Positions 62,561-64,000 of a stretch of 64,000 nt of DNA are shown here, piece by piece. This DNA comes from Octopus sinensis. Its lineage: Eukaryota. Numbering within the stretch: the stretch's first letter is position 1; the number at the start of each line of letters is the position of its first letter. Where the stretch lies: the NCBI RefSeq assembly GCF_006345805.1, contig NC_042998.1:204042001-204106000 (forward strand), written 5' to 3'. A program made the position numbers and the translations under genes. The notes beneath the pieces are model-generated. The model did no database searches. It was not told the origin of the DNA and saw only the letters and a program-made list of their open reading frames with translations.

Positions 62561-62768
62561 TGAAAGAAGCTTCTTACCACAAAGCCACTCCTGTGCCTCT
62601 CTATTTTAAGTTCAACAAACCGCACACCCTAAAAACTCTCCCGTTTGTCCTTCTTTTCTATCCTTTCCGACCCCGCATCCTAGTTTACCACTGTATACCG
62701 ATAAGTATTAGATAGAATATTTCAAGCTAGCCCAAACCTCTCAATCACCATTCACATATATAAGCACT

Positions 62769-63153
62769 AGTGGAGGCGCAATGGCCCAGTGGTTAGGGCA
62801 GCGGACTCGCGGTCATAGGATCGCGGTTTCGATTCCCAGACCGGGCGTTGTGAGTGTTTGTTGAGCGAAAACACCTAAAAGCTCCACGAGGCTCCGGCAG
62901 GAGATGGTGGTGATCCCTGCTGTACTCTTTCACCACAACTTTCTCTCACTCTTACTTCATGTTTCTGTTGTACCTGTATTTCAAAGGGCCGGCCTTGTCA
63001 CTCTCTGTGTCACGCTGAATTTCCCCGAGAACTACGTTAAGGGTGCACGTGTCATCGGAGTGCTCAGCCACTTACACGTTAATTTCACGAGCAGGCTGTT
63101 CCGTTGATCGGATCAACCGGAACCCTCATCGTCGTAACCGACGGAGTGCTTCC
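62769..63153 (+). mobile_element. SINE family C
   Basis: 12-bp TSD tatataagcact at 62757-62768 and 63154-63165; near-identical to 12972-13355. Confidence 0.92.
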
Positions 63154-63834
63154 TATATAAGCACTGAATTTAATCATTTCATTCGCGCTCTCAGGATTTA
63201 GATAACTGAAAGTAACACGATTAATCTTATAAGTGCCATCGCATCAATAGACACGTATTTCCACTCTGTTGTACGTTACTGAGTAATTTAACTTAAATTC
63301 GCTTTCCTATTTCTCTTAAGCAGGTAACTATTTATATACAAATGTGTGTGTGTGTGTGCGTGCGTGCGTATAACTATTTAGATAAATGATAGAAAATGGA
63401 ATTAACATTTTTTATTTAAAATCACTACAATTGTTTCAAAACATTTTTACACCTGTAGTACATTGGTGAGATGTGTAATCATTGCATGCATGTAAAATGC
63501 ACTTCCTCGAGTGACTGTTTAAATAAGTCTTCCATCAGGTCCTACAGTCATGTCACTCAGTATGAGAATGCATACCCAAAACAATGTGTTTATTATCAGC
63601 AGTTTACGGGCAAAATTAAATCCATAAATATAGCGAGAGACAAAATACAATTATAATCAAAATACAAAATACAGGAATAAAGAAATAGAAAAATAAATAA
63701 AAATTTCAGGTTGACTATAAATTACAGTTCTGTGCAGGAGCATTTCCAGTGTATGATGACTTCAGTTAGCCAATAACTGTGTGTGTGTATGCGCGTGCGT
63801 TAGTGCATATATGCGCGTGTGTGTGTTTGGAAAT

Positions 63835-64000
63835 CTCTCTATCCGCTCAGTCGAAGTCGACTCTCGGTCACTCGTTGGATCAGTGTCCTATCCTGGGCCG
63901 CTTCTTTCAGACTGGCTATGTCCATTCCGGTATCACTCTTGATGGTGTCAAGCCAGCGGGTTCTTTGTCAGCCTCTTCCTCTCTTGCAACTGACCATTCC
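63835..64000 (-). pseudogene. RTE-clade LINE 3' end
   Basis: Minus strand KRGRG*QRTRWLDTIKSDTGMDIASLKEAAQDR...VTESRLRL. Confidence 0.7.

Overview
Repeat-saturated, AT-rich eukaryotic (animal) genomic DNA. The SINE and microsatellite repertoire looks like Octopus or a related cephalopod; this is from recall and is not verified. No intact host protein-coding gene is supported, and nearly all long ORFs in the track are translations of microsatellites. The window is a mosaic of: (i) at least four tRNA-headed SINE families, many with target-site duplications; (ii) decayed Tc1/mariner DNA transposons (DD34D, DD37D, DD34E types), a hAT end and a Helitron/Helentron-type MITE; (iii) LINE fragments, namely R4/Dong-like RLE elements sitting in (TAA)n, another RLE LINE sitting in (CATA)n, several RTE pieces and an L1/Tx1-like ORF1; (iv) kilobase-scale (TATG)n arrays and many other simple repeats; (v) one 100-N assembly gap. 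The most notable signal is a dispersed Penelope-like/hammerhead-ribozyme system. It comprises a 1.9-kb palindrome with a GIY-YIG fragment in its loop and a type I hammerhead in each arm; short foldback elements whose inverted repeat starts at the hammerhead cleavage triplet; and a family of 150-250 bp elements carrying minimal variant hammerheads inserted in (TA)n, including a tandem pair 119 nt apart. A candidate promoter (ETS, YY1 and E-box motifs plus a strong splice donor) lies near 47.7 kb.
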